A program made the position numbers and the translations under genes. From contig CAINNF010000023.1 of the NCBI GenBank assembly GCA_903851045.1, positions 202-64,201 of the forward strand: DNA of 64,000 nt, written 5' to 3'. Shown piece after piece: positions 9,002 to 22,485 of the stretch (position 1 is the first letter of the stretch; each line of letters starts with the position of its first letter). The notes beneath the pieces were generated by a model that was given only the letters and a program-made list of their open reading frames with translations, made no database searches and was not told the DNA's origin. This DNA is from Candidatus Adlerbacteria bacterium (GTDB lineage: Bacteria > Patescibacteriota > Minisyncoccia > Phycocordibacterales > SBAW01).

Positions 9002-10435
9002 TTACCCTAGGTTTTGGATTTTCTTCCCTAGTTCGAACAGTGCAGCTTCATCGCCATGTGCCGCAGTGAGTTGGATACCGACGGGGAGCGTCTTCCCTTC
9101 GCGCGTCACGGTGCCCATCGGGACCGAGAGCGCCGGGTTACCAGTGAGGTTGGCGGTCACAGTGAAGATGTCCATGAGATACATAGAAAGCGGGTCGGAC
9201 TTCTCGCCTATCTTGGTCGCCGGACACGGAGCGGTCGGGACAACGATAGCGTCGACGGTCTCGAGCGCTCGCGTGACCTCATCGGTGAGCTTTTGTCGCG
9301 CGAGCCCCGCCTTACCATAGTAGGCGTCATAGTATCCGGCCGAGAGCACGTAGGTACCGAGGATGATGCGACGGCGCACTTCGGGACCGAAGCCAGCCGC
9401 ACGCGACTTTGCATAATCTTCGGTAAGATCTTTTCCTTTGAGCGACAGGCCGTAGCGGATGGAGTCATAGCGCGCGAGATTCGTCGAACTCTCGGCTGGC
9501 ATGATGATGTAGTACACTGCGAGCGCGAGCCCAGCCGAGGGGAGTTCGACATCGACGAGTTCATACCCCTGCGTTTGAAGCTTCGTGAGCACCAGGTCGA
9601 ACTGTGCGAGCACGTCCGCATCGACTCCTTCTTTGAGCAGATGGCGCGGCACACCGACACGTTTGCGACGTGGACGCGCGGCATACTCCCCTTCTCCTAT
9701 CGTCGTACTATCGAGCGGGTCGATACCACGCAACGTGTTGAATATGATCTCCGCATCCTCCACTGACTTAGTGAGTGGGCCGATCTGGTCGAGCGACGAA
9801 CCCATTGCTATCGCACCGAAGCGCGAGACCGCACCGTAGGTTGGTTTGAGCCCCACTAACCCGCAAAAGCTCGCTGGCTCGCGGATGGAGCCGCCAGTGT
9901 CGGTACCAAGCGCGCCAAGCGCCAAGTGTCCCGCGACCGCTGCCGCTGAGCCACCACTGGATCCACCGGGGACTCGCCCTTCGTCGAGCGGGTTCCTCGT
10001 TGGCCCAAAAGCGGAGTTTTCGGTCGAGCCGCCCATCGCGAACTCGTCCATGTTGGTGCGACCGAGAAAGACGACGCCAGCAGCCTTCAATTTTTTGATA
10101 ACGGTCGCGTCATAACTTGCGACATAGTGCTCGAGCATCTTCGACGCGGCGCTCGCGATGCGCCCCTCGATCAAGATATTGTCCTTGATGGCGAGCGGGA
10201 TGCCGAGTAACGGGTGGCTCTCCTTCTTTTCCTTCTCGTCCTGCGCACGACGCGCATCCGCAGCTTTTGCCTGTGCTTCGGCATCGGCAAAGACTTCGAG
10301 GTAGGCGTTGAGAGACGTGTTTCTCTTTTGAATTTCGATAAGACAAGCACGCGCGAGGTCGAGTGAGGTTATCTCCTTAGCCTTGAGCTTCTTTGCGGCC
10401 TCAGTAATCGAGAGCTGTGCGAGTGTGGTTTCCAT
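9002..10435 (-). CDS. gatA: Glu/Asp-tRNA amidotransferase subunit A
   Basis: 477-aa amidase-signature protein (GGSSGGSAAAVA). Immediately downstream of gatC. Confidence 0.9.
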   Translation of the reverse strand: METTLAQLSITEAAKKLKAKEITSLDLARACLIEIQKRNTSLNAYLEVFADAEAQAKAADARRAQDEKEKKESHPLLGIPLAIKDNILIEGRIASAASKMLEHYVASYDATVIKKLKAAGVVFLGRTNMDEFAMGGSTENSAFGPTRNPLDEGRVPGGSSGGSAAAVAGHLALGALGTDTGGSIREPASFCGLVGLKPTYGAVSRFGAIAMGSSLDQIGPLTKSVEDAEIIFNTLRGIDPLDSTTIGEGEYAARPRRKRVGVPRHLLKEGVDADVLAQFDLVLTKLQTQGYELVDVELPSAGLALAVYYIIMPAESSTNLARYDSIRYGLSLKGKDLTEDYAKSRAAGFGPEVRRRIILGTYVLSAGYYDAYYGKAGLARQKLTDEVTRALETVDAIVVPTAPCPATKIGEKSDPLSMYLMDIFTVTANLTGNPALSVPMGTVTREGKTLPVGIQLTAAHGDEAALFELGKKIQNLG

Positions 10436-10437
10436 AG

Positions 10438-10740
10438 TTATTCGTCCTTCTGTAGTATCTTGCGCACAGCATTATAGTCGCCCTCACGTTTCGGGAATGC
10501 GGCACGAATCGCCTCCTCCTTCCCCGCCAACTGATCCTCCGCGGCACGCGGGGTGTCGTCACGCATGATGTTGTGATGCGCGGGAGCAATAGGACCAGAT
10601 GCGCTCACCTCGAGCGAACTCACCTGCCCCACATACTCCAAGATGCTCGAGACATCTGTCTGAAGACTCTCCACCTCTTGGTCGCTCAACTGCAACCGTG
10701 CCAACGCAGCCAACCCCTCTATGTCCTCACGGGATATCAT
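10438..10740 (-). CDS. gatC: Glu/Asp-tRNA amidotransferase subunit C
   Basis: 100 aa. MISREDIEGLAALARLQL is a typical GatC N-terminus. Directly upstream of gatA. Confidence 0.75.
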   Translation of the reverse strand: MISREDIEGLAALARLQLSDQEVESLQTDVSSILEYVGQVSSLEVSASGPIAPAHHNIMRDDTPRAAEDQLAGKEEAIRAAFPKREGDYNAVRKILQKDE

Positions 10741-10753
10741 ACAGGCTATACTA

Positions 10754-13371
<2,618 letters not shown>

Positions 13372-13381
13372 AATCTCCCGG

Positions 13382-14026
13382 TTAGTAGTAGATCCACTTC
13401 AAAAGATTCTCGGAAACGTTCACCTTATGTTGTACGCTGCCCACATCCTTCCAGGAGACCACCACCTGTACTTGTGCTTCCAAACTATTGCAGTGAACAG
13501 CACCACCGTCGCATACGGGCGTGACGATAGACACCGAACGAGTAAAAATGGTGGGCACGATCGTACCTCCAACCGCAGTGTAGGTATACACGTTCGAAGA
13601 CTTATCATAGTTCAATACAGGACAGACATTCCCTGGACACGTCGTGACCGTGTCTCCGATAGAGAGAATGGTACACGTCGCGGAACCGTCACTACTCACA
13701 CAGTTGTTGGTGCTGTTCGGGTTCATATCAAGCCCATACAACCAATCACGACTGTTTAGTTCGTTAGTGTCCCGTTGGAACCGGACAAACTCGATAGCGT
13801 CCTGCGCCAAATAAAAGGCGATGGTCTGGTCCTTGGCGATAAGCGCTTCGTTCAGTCCGCGTGATGCAATCGTGAGCGGTCCTGCTATAGCGACTGTGAG
13901 CACTAAAATAGCCATGAGCGTCTCTATGAGGGTAAAGCCGACTCTCCCAGCACGGAAACGGGTGCACCTGTTCCGTGCATGTGAGACAATCCTGCGTCGT
14001 AAGGTGGTATTCATATCATTCATCAA
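13382..14026 (-). CDS. prepilin-type N-terminal cleavage/methylation domain protein (minor pilin)
   Basis: GFTLIETLMAILVLTVAIAG class-III signal motif. Confidence 0.55.
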   Translation of the reverse strand: MMNDMNTTLRRRIVSHARNRCTRFRAGRVGFTLIETLMAILVLTVAIAGPLTIASRGLNEALIAKDQTIAFYLAQDAIEFVRFQRDTNELNSRDWLYGLDMNPNSTNNCVSSDGSATCTILSIGDTVTTCPGNVCPVLNYDKSSNVYTYTAVGGTIVPTIFTRSVSIVTPVCDGGAVHCNSLEAQVQVVVSWKDVGSVQHKVNVSENLLKWIYY

Positions 14027-14624
14027 ACATGCGTTGCGTGACGGCGGTCTGTATATTGAAGTTCGACGACTGTGATGCAGTCACCTGTACACTACCGGCA
14101 ACGACGGTTGTCACCTTCGGTTGAAGATTATCGTTGAGCGGAGATCCTTCTACATAGAAGGCCAGGTAGGTGATGTTCACCTCGGGCGAGGTCATGGGAG
14201 TGAACGCTCCAGCGCCGATCTGACGCAGTACCTGGCACGTTCCGGATCCGCCCGTACACGTCAAGACCGAACTGTTGACGTTACAGACGTTCGAACCTTG
14301 ACCCGAAAGACAGTAGGTGACCTGCGTACCACCGAATGCCTTGAACGTTAAGTACGACTGCGGCGATGCCATACAATCCTGCGGGTTCGTAAGCGTGCCC
14401 GTTTGGCCGCAGTGATATCGAGTGCCCGTACGCAGTGCGCGCGAAACACTGTCGATAGCTGCGCCAAGATTGTTCACCGCGGCATTGATCCCTTCAGCCT
14501 TTCGAATCGCGACCGACATCGAGAGTAGCGATCCGAGCGCCATAACCATCACGATACTGAACAGGGCGACCGAGACGAGTATCTCGATCAACGTGAACCC
14601 CCTGACTGCACGGTGAGATGTCAT
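14016..14624 (-). CDS. prepilin-type minor pilin
   Basis: Start placed at MTSHRAVRGFTLIEILV (ATG 14624). This avoids overlap with the upstream gene. Confidence 0.55.
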   Translation of the reverse strand: MTSHRAVRGFTLIEILVSVALFSIVMVMALGSLLSMSVAIRKAEGINAAVNNLGAAIDSVSRALRTGTRYHCGQTGTLTNPQDCMASPQSYLTFKAFGGTQVTYCLSGQGSNVCNVNSSVLTCTGGSGTCQVLRQIGAGAFTPMTSPEVNITYLAFYVEGSPLNDNLQPKVTTVVAGSVQVTASQSSNFNIQTAVTQRMFDE

Positions 14625-15316
14625 ATACATAGAGAGAATGGGCTCAGTGTACAAATCGGATCTACAGCGACCTGACCGGTCGAATAGATGTGTATACCGC
14701 GTTTCGTGCCATCGGTCGCCATGATCTGCACGTATGCCACATTATACGTATCGCCAGCAATTGGTGTGTAACTTGGGAACACACCTTGATATGCGTATAC
14801 CATCGCATCGGGATTCGGGCGAATGAACAAAATGTCGAGAGCGGAGATCGATGCCGTTCCGGAGGTGTCATCGGGACCAGAGCACCGTTTGACCGGAGCG
14901 CTGACGCTATTTAATCCGACCGCGCAAAACTCACTAATAGAAAAATTTTGGTTCAGATTGAACGTCTGATCAATCGGGTCGCTCGTATACATATGATCGT
15001 TGTTCGAATCCGCGAACATGATGTACTGATGCGCATAACTGTTCGAGAAGAAGAGGCCGTGTGCCGTAGCGAACGTTCCAACGCTCGTCGGCGTCGGCCG
15101 AACCGAGATACCATACACCTGCGCTTGCCGAACCGATAGGGCGATAGAGTAGGTGAGACTCCTCATGAGCGTCGAGGAATCGAACTTCGTCTGCCGGTTG
15201 AAGAACACGAGCGTAATGACCGACATTATCACCAGCACGGTCAAAAGCTCGATCAGAGTGAATCCTCTTTGTGCGCGTCCCCGATTTCGACTATGTATGA
15301 CGATCTGTTTCATCAA
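14621..15316 (-). CDS. prepilin-type minor pilin / pseudopilin
   Basis: [33 protein letters not shown]. Confidence 0.6.
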   Translation of the reverse strand: MMKQIVIHSRNRGRAQRGFTLIELLTVLVIMSVITLVFFNRQTKFDSSTLMRSLTYSIALSVRQAQVYGISVRPTPTSVGTFATAHGLFFSNSYAHQYIMFADSNNDHMYTSDPIDQTFNLNQNFSISEFCAVGLNSVSAPVKRCSGPDDTSGTASISALDILFIRPNPDAMVYAYQGVFPSYTPIAGDTYNVAYVQIMATDGTKRGIHIYSTGQVAVDPICTLSPFSLCI

Positions 15317-15876
15317 TTACGCGCGTAATATTGATAGGTGTAGGTGTTATCAGCCGACCCGATCCAATTCCCAACCTGTGTGCATCCGCTCGACCCCTTT
15401 GCTTCCTGTACGGCACCGATCAAATAACTAGTACCATCGCTCCAATACGCATAGAACTGGGCACCACCGCAACCGGTACCGACATAGGCATTCTTCCCCG
15501 GATCATGCGGGACCGTCGTCATATATCTGGCAGATATGAGCGAATATAGTGGGTTGCAGGCCGTGTTCGTGTAATTAGGATCTGCCGGATTGGTCCAGCA
15601 GGTGTTGTTGCTACCCGCTCCTCCGACTGGATAGTGCCCAGTATCTCGGTAGTACATCTCGACCCCGCCCTGTATCATCTCGATATCCTTCATGCGCTGT
15701 GCGTCACGAGACTTCACACGAGAGGTCTGCACCGAAGTGAGCACTATCGAGGCAAGTATACCTATTATCGCCACAACCACGAGCAACTCGATGAGAGTGA
15801 ACCCCGAACAGACGCTACGCGTCCTCGGGGCAGGCCCTGCGTCAGAACAACGAGATAGTGGAGAAGAGGTCGACAT
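15313..15876 (-). CDS. prepilin-type pilin-like protein with long leader
   Basis: ATG at 15876. [21 protein letters not shown] follows a 25-aa leader. The 5' end overlaps the pilD stop. Confidence 0.55.
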   Translation of the reverse strand: MSTSSPLSRCSDAGPAPRTRSVCSGFTLIELLVVVAIIGILASIVLTSVQTSRVKSRDAQRMKDIEMIQGGVEMYYRDTGHYPVGGAGSNNTCWTNPADPNYTNTACNPLYSLISARYMTTVPHDPGKNAYVGTGCGGAQFYAYWSDGTSYLIGAVQEAKGSSGCTQVGNWIGSADNTYTYQYYARN

Positions 15877-16639
15877 GGAAGAAAAAGGCAATCGCGGCCC
15901 CGAGGGCCAGGTACGGTCCGAACGGGATCTCACTTCGTATTGTAAACCTCTCTGTGGTCTTATGCGAACCGAACATGGGGGTAAGGCGCTGCAGAGCTAT
16001 AAGCACAAGGCCGACCAAGGCGCCGCTCCAGACTCCCAACAGCAGCGCGGTACCGCCGAGAGAAAGCCCGAGTATGTTCCCGAGCGACAGCTCCAAAAGG
16101 CTGTCCGCCCACCCCATCCATCTACCGCGTGACACCAAGGAGAGTAAGAACAGCGGGAGCGCGAGCAGTACGCCCGCAGACAGATCGACGGCCGCCACAG
16201 GATGCAACACGAAGGATACGACCGACAGAAAAAGCAGTAGGAGCGAACTCGACCACGGGATGATCATGTGCCGCGCATCGTACACCACGATAAATAGTAT
16301 GGTCAGCCACACCAACAACCAGAATCCGTACAACATCGGCTGTGTGGGATACAAAAAGAAGATACCGAGCGACACAACCCCCGCCAACGCCTCAACGAGC
16401 GGGTACTGCCACGAAATAGCCGTACCACAGTAGCGACAACGCCCACCCAAGTACGCGTATGACAGGATCGGTACCAGGTCGAACGCACTCAGGGTATGAT
16501 TGCAGCGCATACAGCGCGAACGACCACCCATCCCCTTCCCCGTGTTGAAACGAAATAAAAGCGCATTGAGAAAACTTCCGAATATCACCCCGAAACCGGC
16601 GGCTCCCGCTCCCAGAACCACAACAAGTCCGTCCGACAT
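15842..16639 (-). CDS. pilD: prepilin peptidase (A24 family)
   Basis: Polytopic membrane protein. Zn-binding CxxC...CxxC (CMRCNHTL / CRYCGT). Conserved Asp-containing loops. Confidence 0.85.
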   Translation of the reverse strand: MSDGLVVVLGAGAAGFGVIFGSFLNALLFRFNTGKGMGGRSRCMRCNHTLSAFDLVPILSYAYLGGRCRYCGTAISWQYPLVEALAGVVSLGIFFLYPTQPMLYGFWLLVWLTILFIVVYDARHMIIPWSSSLLLLFLSVVSFVLHPVAAVDLSAGVLLALPLFLLSLVSRGRWMGWADSLLELSLGNILGLSLGGTALLLGVWSGALVGLVLIALQRLTPMFGSHKTTERFTIRSEIPFGPYLALGAAIAFFFHVDLFSTISLF

Positions 16640-17227
16640 CTATTGGTTCGTTACATCATAACAACTAATGACACTGGTGCTGCACGGGGTCGCTATCGCG
16701 GTATTTGCGCACGACAAACTACAACCACTAAAATCTGCGCTCGGGTTACTACCACTACAGCCGGACGTCGACGTGGCGACAGCATTTGCGTTTTGTGTGA
16801 AATTGCCCGTTCCATTAGCGGCTGGCGCTTCGAGCGCCGCACCAAGGTGATACATGGTCACGTTCGACACGTTTGCTCCAACGCAGTTATGCCCGCCCGC
16901 CACATTGATCGCGGTATAGAAATACTGGGCGCTGTTGCTTACCTGCCCAGCGCCAAGTGGATCAGTCGGGACGTTGGTCATGTAGGCAGAAAGTCCACCA
17001 CCATAGATGCTCGGTAGATAATGAAGATTATCGTTATAGTACTCTTCTTGAGCCAGCTGGATGCTTTTAATATCCGAGATGCGTCGCGCGTCGCGACCTT
17101 TCGCACGAGAGGACGTAAGCGACACCATGATAATGGACGCGAGGATACCGATAATAGCTATCACGACGAGGAGTTCAATGAGAGTAAAACCCTTCGGTGC
17201 ACATAGGCGACTCTTGGAAATGGACAT
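16640..17227 (-). CDS. type IV pilin
   Basis: Start [33 protein letters not shown] (ATG 17227). C-terminal Cys pairs suggest a disulfide loop. Confidence 0.7.
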   Translation of the reverse strand: MSISKSRLCAPKGFTLIELLVVIAIIGILASIIMVSLTSSRAKGRDARRISDIKSIQLAQEEYYNDNLHYLPSIYGGGLSAYMTNVPTDPLGAGQVSNSAQYFYTAINVAGGHNCVGANVSNVTMYHLGAALEAPAANGTGNFTQNANAVATSTSGCSGSNPSADFSGCSLSCANTAIATPCSTSVISCYDVTNQ

Positions 17228-17293
17228 ATATCTAGTATACCCTAAAAGAAAATCCCCAACCGTTCGGCTGGGGATTTTCAAATGTGTGCGAAC

Positions 17294-17773
17294 CTAGCAA
17301 CCAGTAGCTCCGTAGGTGACGCTGCCACCAGTCGATGTAGCCGTGAAGTAGGCGCCGGGTGAATTCCCACCGTTACCATTCTCAAGGTAGGTACAAACTC
17401 TGAAGTTTTGTGTCGTCAACGGAGAACCCTTACCAGAGATCGAGTATTGGCACGTTGCAGACAAGGCGCTACCGAACGAACAAGCCGTGCCACCGGCACC
17501 AACCGAAGGATCGGCATACGTACTAAGCGACGTGGTCGCGTTGCAGGTATTTACATTGCTGCCGCTCGTACAAGAAATTCCCACAGCCGGGTCCGTATCT
17601 GCGACCATGATCGCCTTTGCCATTTCCTGCAAAGATGCGACACGGCTCGCATCACGACTCTTGGTACGAGCACTAGTAAGCGAGACAAGCACGATAGACG
17701 CGAGAATACCGATGATGGCGATGACCACCAAGAGTTCGATGAGGGTAAAACCTTGGGTGAGCGATTTACGCAT
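17294..17773 (-). CDS. type IV pilin (likely major subunit)
   Basis: [28 protein letters not shown]: short leader, 159 aa, C-terminal Cys pair. Confidence 0.75.
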   Translation of the reverse strand: MRKSLTQGFTLIELLVVIAIIGILASIVLVSLTSARTKSRDASRVASLQEMAKAIMVADTDPAVGISCTSGSNVNTCNATTSLSTYADPSVGAGGTACSFGSALSATCQYSISGKGSPLTTQNFRVCTYLENGNGGNSPGAYFTATSTGGSVTYGATGC

Positions 17774-17883
17774 ATAAATAATTTACTTAATAATCTGCGT
17801 TAGCTAAAGGTGCAGATAGGTAAAGTATACACCCCCTCTCTACGGAGTCTAAAACCTTGTGTGGATAAGGTTTTGAGCAGTTC

Positions 17884-19098
17884 CTAGATACTGCTCGTCG
17901 AATTATAGATTGGCAACAACACTGACGCGAGCAGGAAGCCGACACCGAGCGCCAACATGACGATGAGCGCCGGCTCGATAAGGGACACGAGGGTGTCGAC
18001 GGCGGCATTTACTTCACGGTTATAGAATCGAGCCATGCGCTCGAGGATATTGCTCATCTCTCCGGTCTCCTCACCGATCTGGATCATCTGTACCATAATC
18101 GCCGGGACCTCCTCGGGATAGCGACCGAGCATTTGTGAAAGCGTGTTGCCTGATTTCACTCCCTCGAGCGCATCCAACATGATAATCGAATAGATCTCAT
18201 TCTCGATGACGGTCGCAGTCACCTCGAGCGAATGCACAACCGAGATGCCGGAGGAGAGCATCACATGCATATTGTCGGCGAACCGGGCAAGATAGAGCTT
18301 TTGATACAGTTGCCCGACGTAGGGTATCGAGAGCTTGAGCCGACTCATACCAACCTTACCTTGCGGAGTTTGCGCATATCGATACATGAAGTACCCGCCG
18401 ACGATGAGAGCAATGAGTATAAAGATGCCATAGTCGGTCAAAAAAGAACTGAGATCGAGCACGATCTGGGTGTAAATGGGGAGCTGTTGCCCATCGCTCG
18501 CAAGGATAGAACCTATCTTCGGGATAACGAACGTGAGCATGAGCACCATGACCGCCACGAACGTCGTCATGATGAACGCCGGATATATGAGCGCGTTGCG
18601 CGCTTTCGAGGTGAGTTCGTAGGAACGATCAATGTAATCGGCAAGATACTGGAAGGTCTGGTCAAGCTTGCCAGACTCTTCTCCTGCGCGCACCATGTTG
18701 ACATAAAAGTCTGAGAACACCTCCGGGTGGCGTTGGAGGGCTTCAGAGATACTTGAACCTGACTGGAGGTTATCACTCACGTCGGTGAGGACGACCCGCA
18801 GATGCTGCTTTCCTGATTGTTCGGCAAGAAGGCGGAATACACGGAGCGCCGACACCTGCGCTTCGAACAACGTCGAGATCTGGCGCGAAAGGATGACCAC
18901 GTCTCGATTCGACACACCACCGAAGAACGGTATGTTTCCTAATAAGGAAGAGAGGGCGCTCTGTTTCGGTTCGGCGATCGATGTAATGGTGAAACCGCGC
19001 CGTTGGAGCATCTGGATCGCGGCCTCTTGAGAGACAGCGTTCACAACGCCCGCCTGCGCCTTCCCCTGTTGATCGAGTGCTTCGTAATGAAATTCCAT
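17884..19098 (-). CDS. pilC: type IV pilus platform protein (GspF/PilC family)
   Basis: 404 aa. Duplicated GspF domains with three TM segments. Confidence 0.85.
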   Translation of the reverse strand: MEFHYEALDQQGKAQAGVVNAVSQEAAIQMLQRRGFTITSIAEPKQSALSSLLGNIPFFGGVSNRDVVILSRQISTLFEAQVSALRVFRLLAEQSGKQHLRVVLTDVSDNLQSGSSISEALQRHPEVFSDFYVNMVRAGEESGKLDQTFQYLADYIDRSYELTSKARNALIYPAFIMTTFVAVMVLMLTFVIPKIGSILASDGQQLPIYTQIVLDLSSFLTDYGIFILIALIVGGYFMYRYAQTPQGKVGMSRLKLSIPYVGQLYQKLYLARFADNMHVMLSSGISVVHSLEVTATVIENEIYSIIMLDALEGVKSGNTLSQMLGRYPEEVPAIMVQMIQIGEETGEMSNILERMARFYNREVNAAVDTLVSLIEPALIVMLALGVGFLLASVLLPIYNSTSSI

Positions 19099-19103
19099 AG
19101 CAG

Positions 19104-20168
19104 TTACAAGAGGCGTTCCAGAGACTTAACGTTCCATGAGCGTGCGTACGCGTTCTCGATCGTTATCTCTCCTTGGCGTACGAGTTCTGCGAGCGCGCGG
19201 TTCATGTCTATCATACCGAGCTCGGCGCCGGTTTCGATGACCGTCTGGATCTCATGCGTGCGCTTTTCTCGGATGAGGTTCGCCACCGCATTATCATTGA
19301 GCAAAAGTTCGCATGCAGGCACTAAACCGCCCGAGATACGAGGGATAAGTCGTTGTGAGAAGATGCCTATGAGCGAGGCTGCAAGCTGAACGCGGATCTG
19401 GTCCTGCTGGTTCGCGGGAAAAGAGTCGATGATACGGTCTATCGTTTGTGCGGCATTGTTCGTATGGAGCGTCGAGAAGACAAGGTGGCCCGTTTCGGCG
19501 GCTCGCACGGCGGTCGCCATGGTCTCCGGAGTGCGCATCTCCCCTATCATGATGATGTTCACATCCTCTCGAAAGACCGACTCAAGCGCGGTCTCGAAAT
19601 CCTTCGTGTCGACGCGGACCTCGCGCTGTGCTATGACCGAACGCTTATCCTCGAAGAGGTACTCGATAGGATCTTCGATGGTCACGATATGTTCGGACCG
19701 CTCCAGATTGACCTTTTCTATCAATGACGCGAGCGTCGTCGTCTTGCCTTGCCCCACAGGACCGACCACCAGAAAGAATCCCTGCTTCTTTGAAGCGAAC
19801 GACTCGACGATCGGGGGGAGATTCAGCTCCGCGATCGTGGGGATCTTTTTTGGGATCAATCGCAACGCACAGGCGTATTTCCCACGCTCGACGAACCCGT
19901 TCCCGCGAAATCGTGCCTTATTGCCATATCCGTACGAAAAGTCGATCTCCAGCGTCGTTCGAAAACGCTCTTTATGATCAGGCGAGAGCATGGTCGTCAT
20001 GAGACCGAACACATCCTCGTTGGTGAGCACTGGCTCGCTGAGTATCGGCGTCAATGCGCCAGATACGCGAATGATCGGCTGGATACCGACATTAAGATGC
20101 AAGTCGCTCGCACCTTGCGCGATAAGGACGTCTATAAGCGCGGAAAGTCTTTGTTGATAGTCGGCCAT
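19104..20168 (-). CDS. pilT: twitching-motility/retraction ATPase
   Basis: 354 aa. Walker A GPVGQGKTT, Asp box, His box. No N-terminal GspE-N domain. Confidence 0.85.
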   Translation of the reverse strand: MADYQQRLSALIDVLIAQGASDLHLNVGIQPIIRVSGALTPILSEPVLTNEDVFGLMTTMLSPDHKERFRTTLEIDFSYGYGNKARFRGNGFVERGKYACALRLIPKKIPTIAELNLPPIVESFASKKQGFFLVVGPVGQGKTTTLASLIEKVNLERSEHIVTIEDPIEYLFEDKRSVIAQREVRVDTKDFETALESVFREDVNIIMIGEMRTPETMATAVRAAETGHLVFSTLHTNNAAQTIDRIIDSFPANQQDQIRVQLAASLIGIFSQRLIPRISGGLVPACELLLNDNAVANLIREKRTHEIQTVIETGAELGMIDMNRALAELVRQGEITIENAYARSWNVKSLERLL

Positions 20169-20174
20169 ACTGAT

Positions 20175-22052
20175 TTAGATTTGGATTTCTTTTGTTTTAC
20201 CTGAGACCGTATCACCCTCTTCGTTGAGCGCTAATGCCTCAGGCTCCTCCGTGGGCGTCGGAGCGATCGGCTGTTCCTCGTCGAAGAGATTGAACGTGCC
20301 ACCGAGCGTGTTCACCTCTTCGAACGGCACGACACCATTCGCAGCCTTAATGATAGCATCTTCTTTCATGGTCAGCATACCATTGGCGCGTACAATGGCG
20401 AACATGTCTTGTTCTGATTTTCGCGCCAAGATGGCCGCTTCAAGTTGCGGTGTCATCTCGAAGATCTCCACCACCGCGATACGCCCCTTCGTTCCCGAGG
20501 GACAGGTCGCGGTAGGCGCCAGTCGATAGACTTCAGCGAGTGACGGGATCTGTCCGCGGAACTGTTCGGGAAGGTCCCGAAACTCCTCCTCTAGCATCGT
20601 GGCGATACTCTCGTCGACAGGAACCTTCTTTCCTCCCCCCTCACAGAGCGTCTTCACAAGGCGCTGCGCCATACCAAGGATGAGTACGGGTGGGATAAGG
20701 TAGGGTTCGACACCCATGTCGAGCAGACGCGGGACGATGCCGATGGAGTTATTGGTGTGTATGGTCGAAAGCACCAAGTGACCGGTAAGCGCCGCTTGCA
20801 CGGCCAAATTGGCGGTCTCGCTATCGCGGATCTCGCCGACCATGATGACGTTCGGATCCTGACGCAAGGTGGTACGCAATCCGTTCGCGAACGTATACCC
20901 GATCTCTGGTCGAACTTGCGACTGGGACACGCCGGGGATGGTGTACTCGATAGGATCCTCGAGCGACAGGACATTCTGCTTCTCGCGGTCCATTTCGTTT
21001 AGAATAGCGTAGAGCGAGGTCGACTTACCCGAACCGGTCGGCCCAGACACCAATATAAGTCCGTATGGCTTTTTGATCGCCGCTCGGATAAGGGAGAGGT
21101 CTCGCGCTGAAAACCCAAGACTGTCGAGCGTCAGCTCCTTCGCGGTCGTCCCAAGGATTCGCATCACCACCTTCTCACCATAGTATGTCGGGAACGTAGA
21201 GACACGGAAGTCGACCTTCCCTCCAGCGACGCGCGCCGAGAAACGGCCGTCTTGGGGTTTGCGCTTTTCGTCGAGACGAACGTTCGCCAGCACTTTTATA
21301 CGCGCGACCACCTGGCTGTGTACCTGGGGAGGCAACTTGATGTTCGTCGACAACACGCCATCGATACGAAAACGGACGCGTGTTTGATCGGCGAGCGGTT
21401 CTATATGGATGTCGGAGGCGCGCTGTTCGAACGCGTGCCGAAGCACTGTGGCGACGATCTTGGTGATAGGCGCGTCCAGGGTGATCGCCTCGGACTCCGT
21501 CTCTGCTATCTCCTCCTCAAGGAGCGTAGTATGTTTCCCTTTTTTGTTAGCATCACCGTCACCCCCTTGCTGGTCGTCGTCCGTCAACTCGGTCTCGAGT
21601 TCGTTGAGGGCCTTTCCCACCTCCCCGGACAACCCTTTGTACTGCGTAAGCAACTTATCGAAATCGGTGTCACTGATGAGATAGAGCTTGTACGGCATCC
21701 CGACCTTCGCCGATATGAACGTGAGCGCATCACGCGCTTCGAGATTGTCCGGGTCGGTGACTCCTATCTCGAGCACACCATCGACGATACCGAGCGGCGC
21801 AAAGCGATAGTAGCGAGCGGACTCTTCCGGGATGTATCGTAATATATCGAACGGGATCGGTTTGTCCCCCACATCACGCGTTGGCACACCGAAATATTCC
21901 CCTTTGACCTTCAGGATATCTGCGGGAGGTACACCGGCATGCACCAATACGAATTCTGGCTGACTACCGGGTTTTGCGAGCTCGGCTCGTAACTGGAGAA
22001 CCTGGGCATGATTGATGGTCCCATTCTGTTCGAGTAATGCGAGAAGGTCCAT
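20175..22052 (-). CDS. pilB: type IV pilus assembly ATPase (GspE family)
   Basis: 625 aa. N-terminal GspE-N-like domain. Walker A GPTGSGKST. CxxC tetracysteine motif absent, but His box present. Confidence 0.9.
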   Translation of the reverse strand: MDLLALLEQNGTINHAQVLQLRAELAKPGSQPEFVLVHAGVPPADILKVKGEYFGVPTRDVGDKPIPFDILRYIPEESARYYRFAPLGIVDGVLEIGVTDPDNLEARDALTFISAKVGMPYKLYLISDTDFDKLLTQYKGLSGEVGKALNELETELTDDDQQGGDGDANKKGKHTTLLEEEIAETESEAITLDAPITKIVATVLRHAFEQRASDIHIEPLADQTRVRFRIDGVLSTNIKLPPQVHSQVVARIKVLANVRLDEKRKPQDGRFSARVAGGKVDFRVSTFPTYYGEKVVMRILGTTAKELTLDSLGFSARDLSLIRAAIKKPYGLILVSGPTGSGKSTSLYAILNEMDREKQNVLSLEDPIEYTIPGVSQSQVRPEIGYTFANGLRTTLRQDPNVIMVGEIRDSETANLAVQAALTGHLVLSTIHTNNSIGIVPRLLDMGVEPYLIPPVLILGMAQRLVKTLCEGGGKKVPVDESIATMLEEEFRDLPEQFRGQIPSLAEVYRLAPTATCPSGTKGRIAVVEIFEMTPQLEAAILARKSEQDMFAIVRANGMLTMKEDAIIKAANGVVPFEEVNTLGGTFNLFDEEQPIAPTPTEEPEALALNEEGDTVSGKTKEIQI

Positions 22053-22056
22053 AGTC

Positions 22057-22485
22057 CTATTGTGCGTACCGCATCGTTGGTCGCCTGATTGCAGGTGGAG
22101 TGCTTGTCGACTGGACCATCGGAACGGTAATCGTTTGCTGCGTCGTCACCGTCGTCGTCGCGAACGTGAACGGCAAGAATGGATTTCGTCTGCCGACGTT
22201 CTCCGGCACGATAGCGACACTAAAGTCATTGAGCGAAAGGTAGATCGGGTCACTAAATATCGCGTCGTTCAATTGTATGGTACGCAAGTTCGCCAGGACG
22301 ACCAACAACTGCTGGGATTGCTGTGTTTGGTCTCCTAAGGCGCCACCGGTCGAAAGGAGCGCCGTATCTCCCCCCTTACTCATGAAGAACGTGTAGTACA
22401 CGATACCGAACACGAAGAGTGCGACAACGAGCATCAGCACTTTATTTTGTTTGATAAAAGTTAGCATACGGTTTAATGAAGCCAA
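22057..22485 (-). CDS. hypothetical pilus-assembly protein (PilP-like position)
   Basis: 142 aa with an N-terminal TM helix. Tightly packed between pilB and the PilO-like gene. Confidence 0.4.
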   Translation of the reverse strand: MASLNRMLTFIKQNKVLMLVVALFVFGIVYYTFFMSKGGDTALLSTGGALGDQTQQSQQLLVVLANLRTIQLNDAIFSDPIYLSLNDFSVAIVPENVGRRNPFLPFTFATTTVTTQQTITVPMVQSTSTPPAIRRPTMRYAQ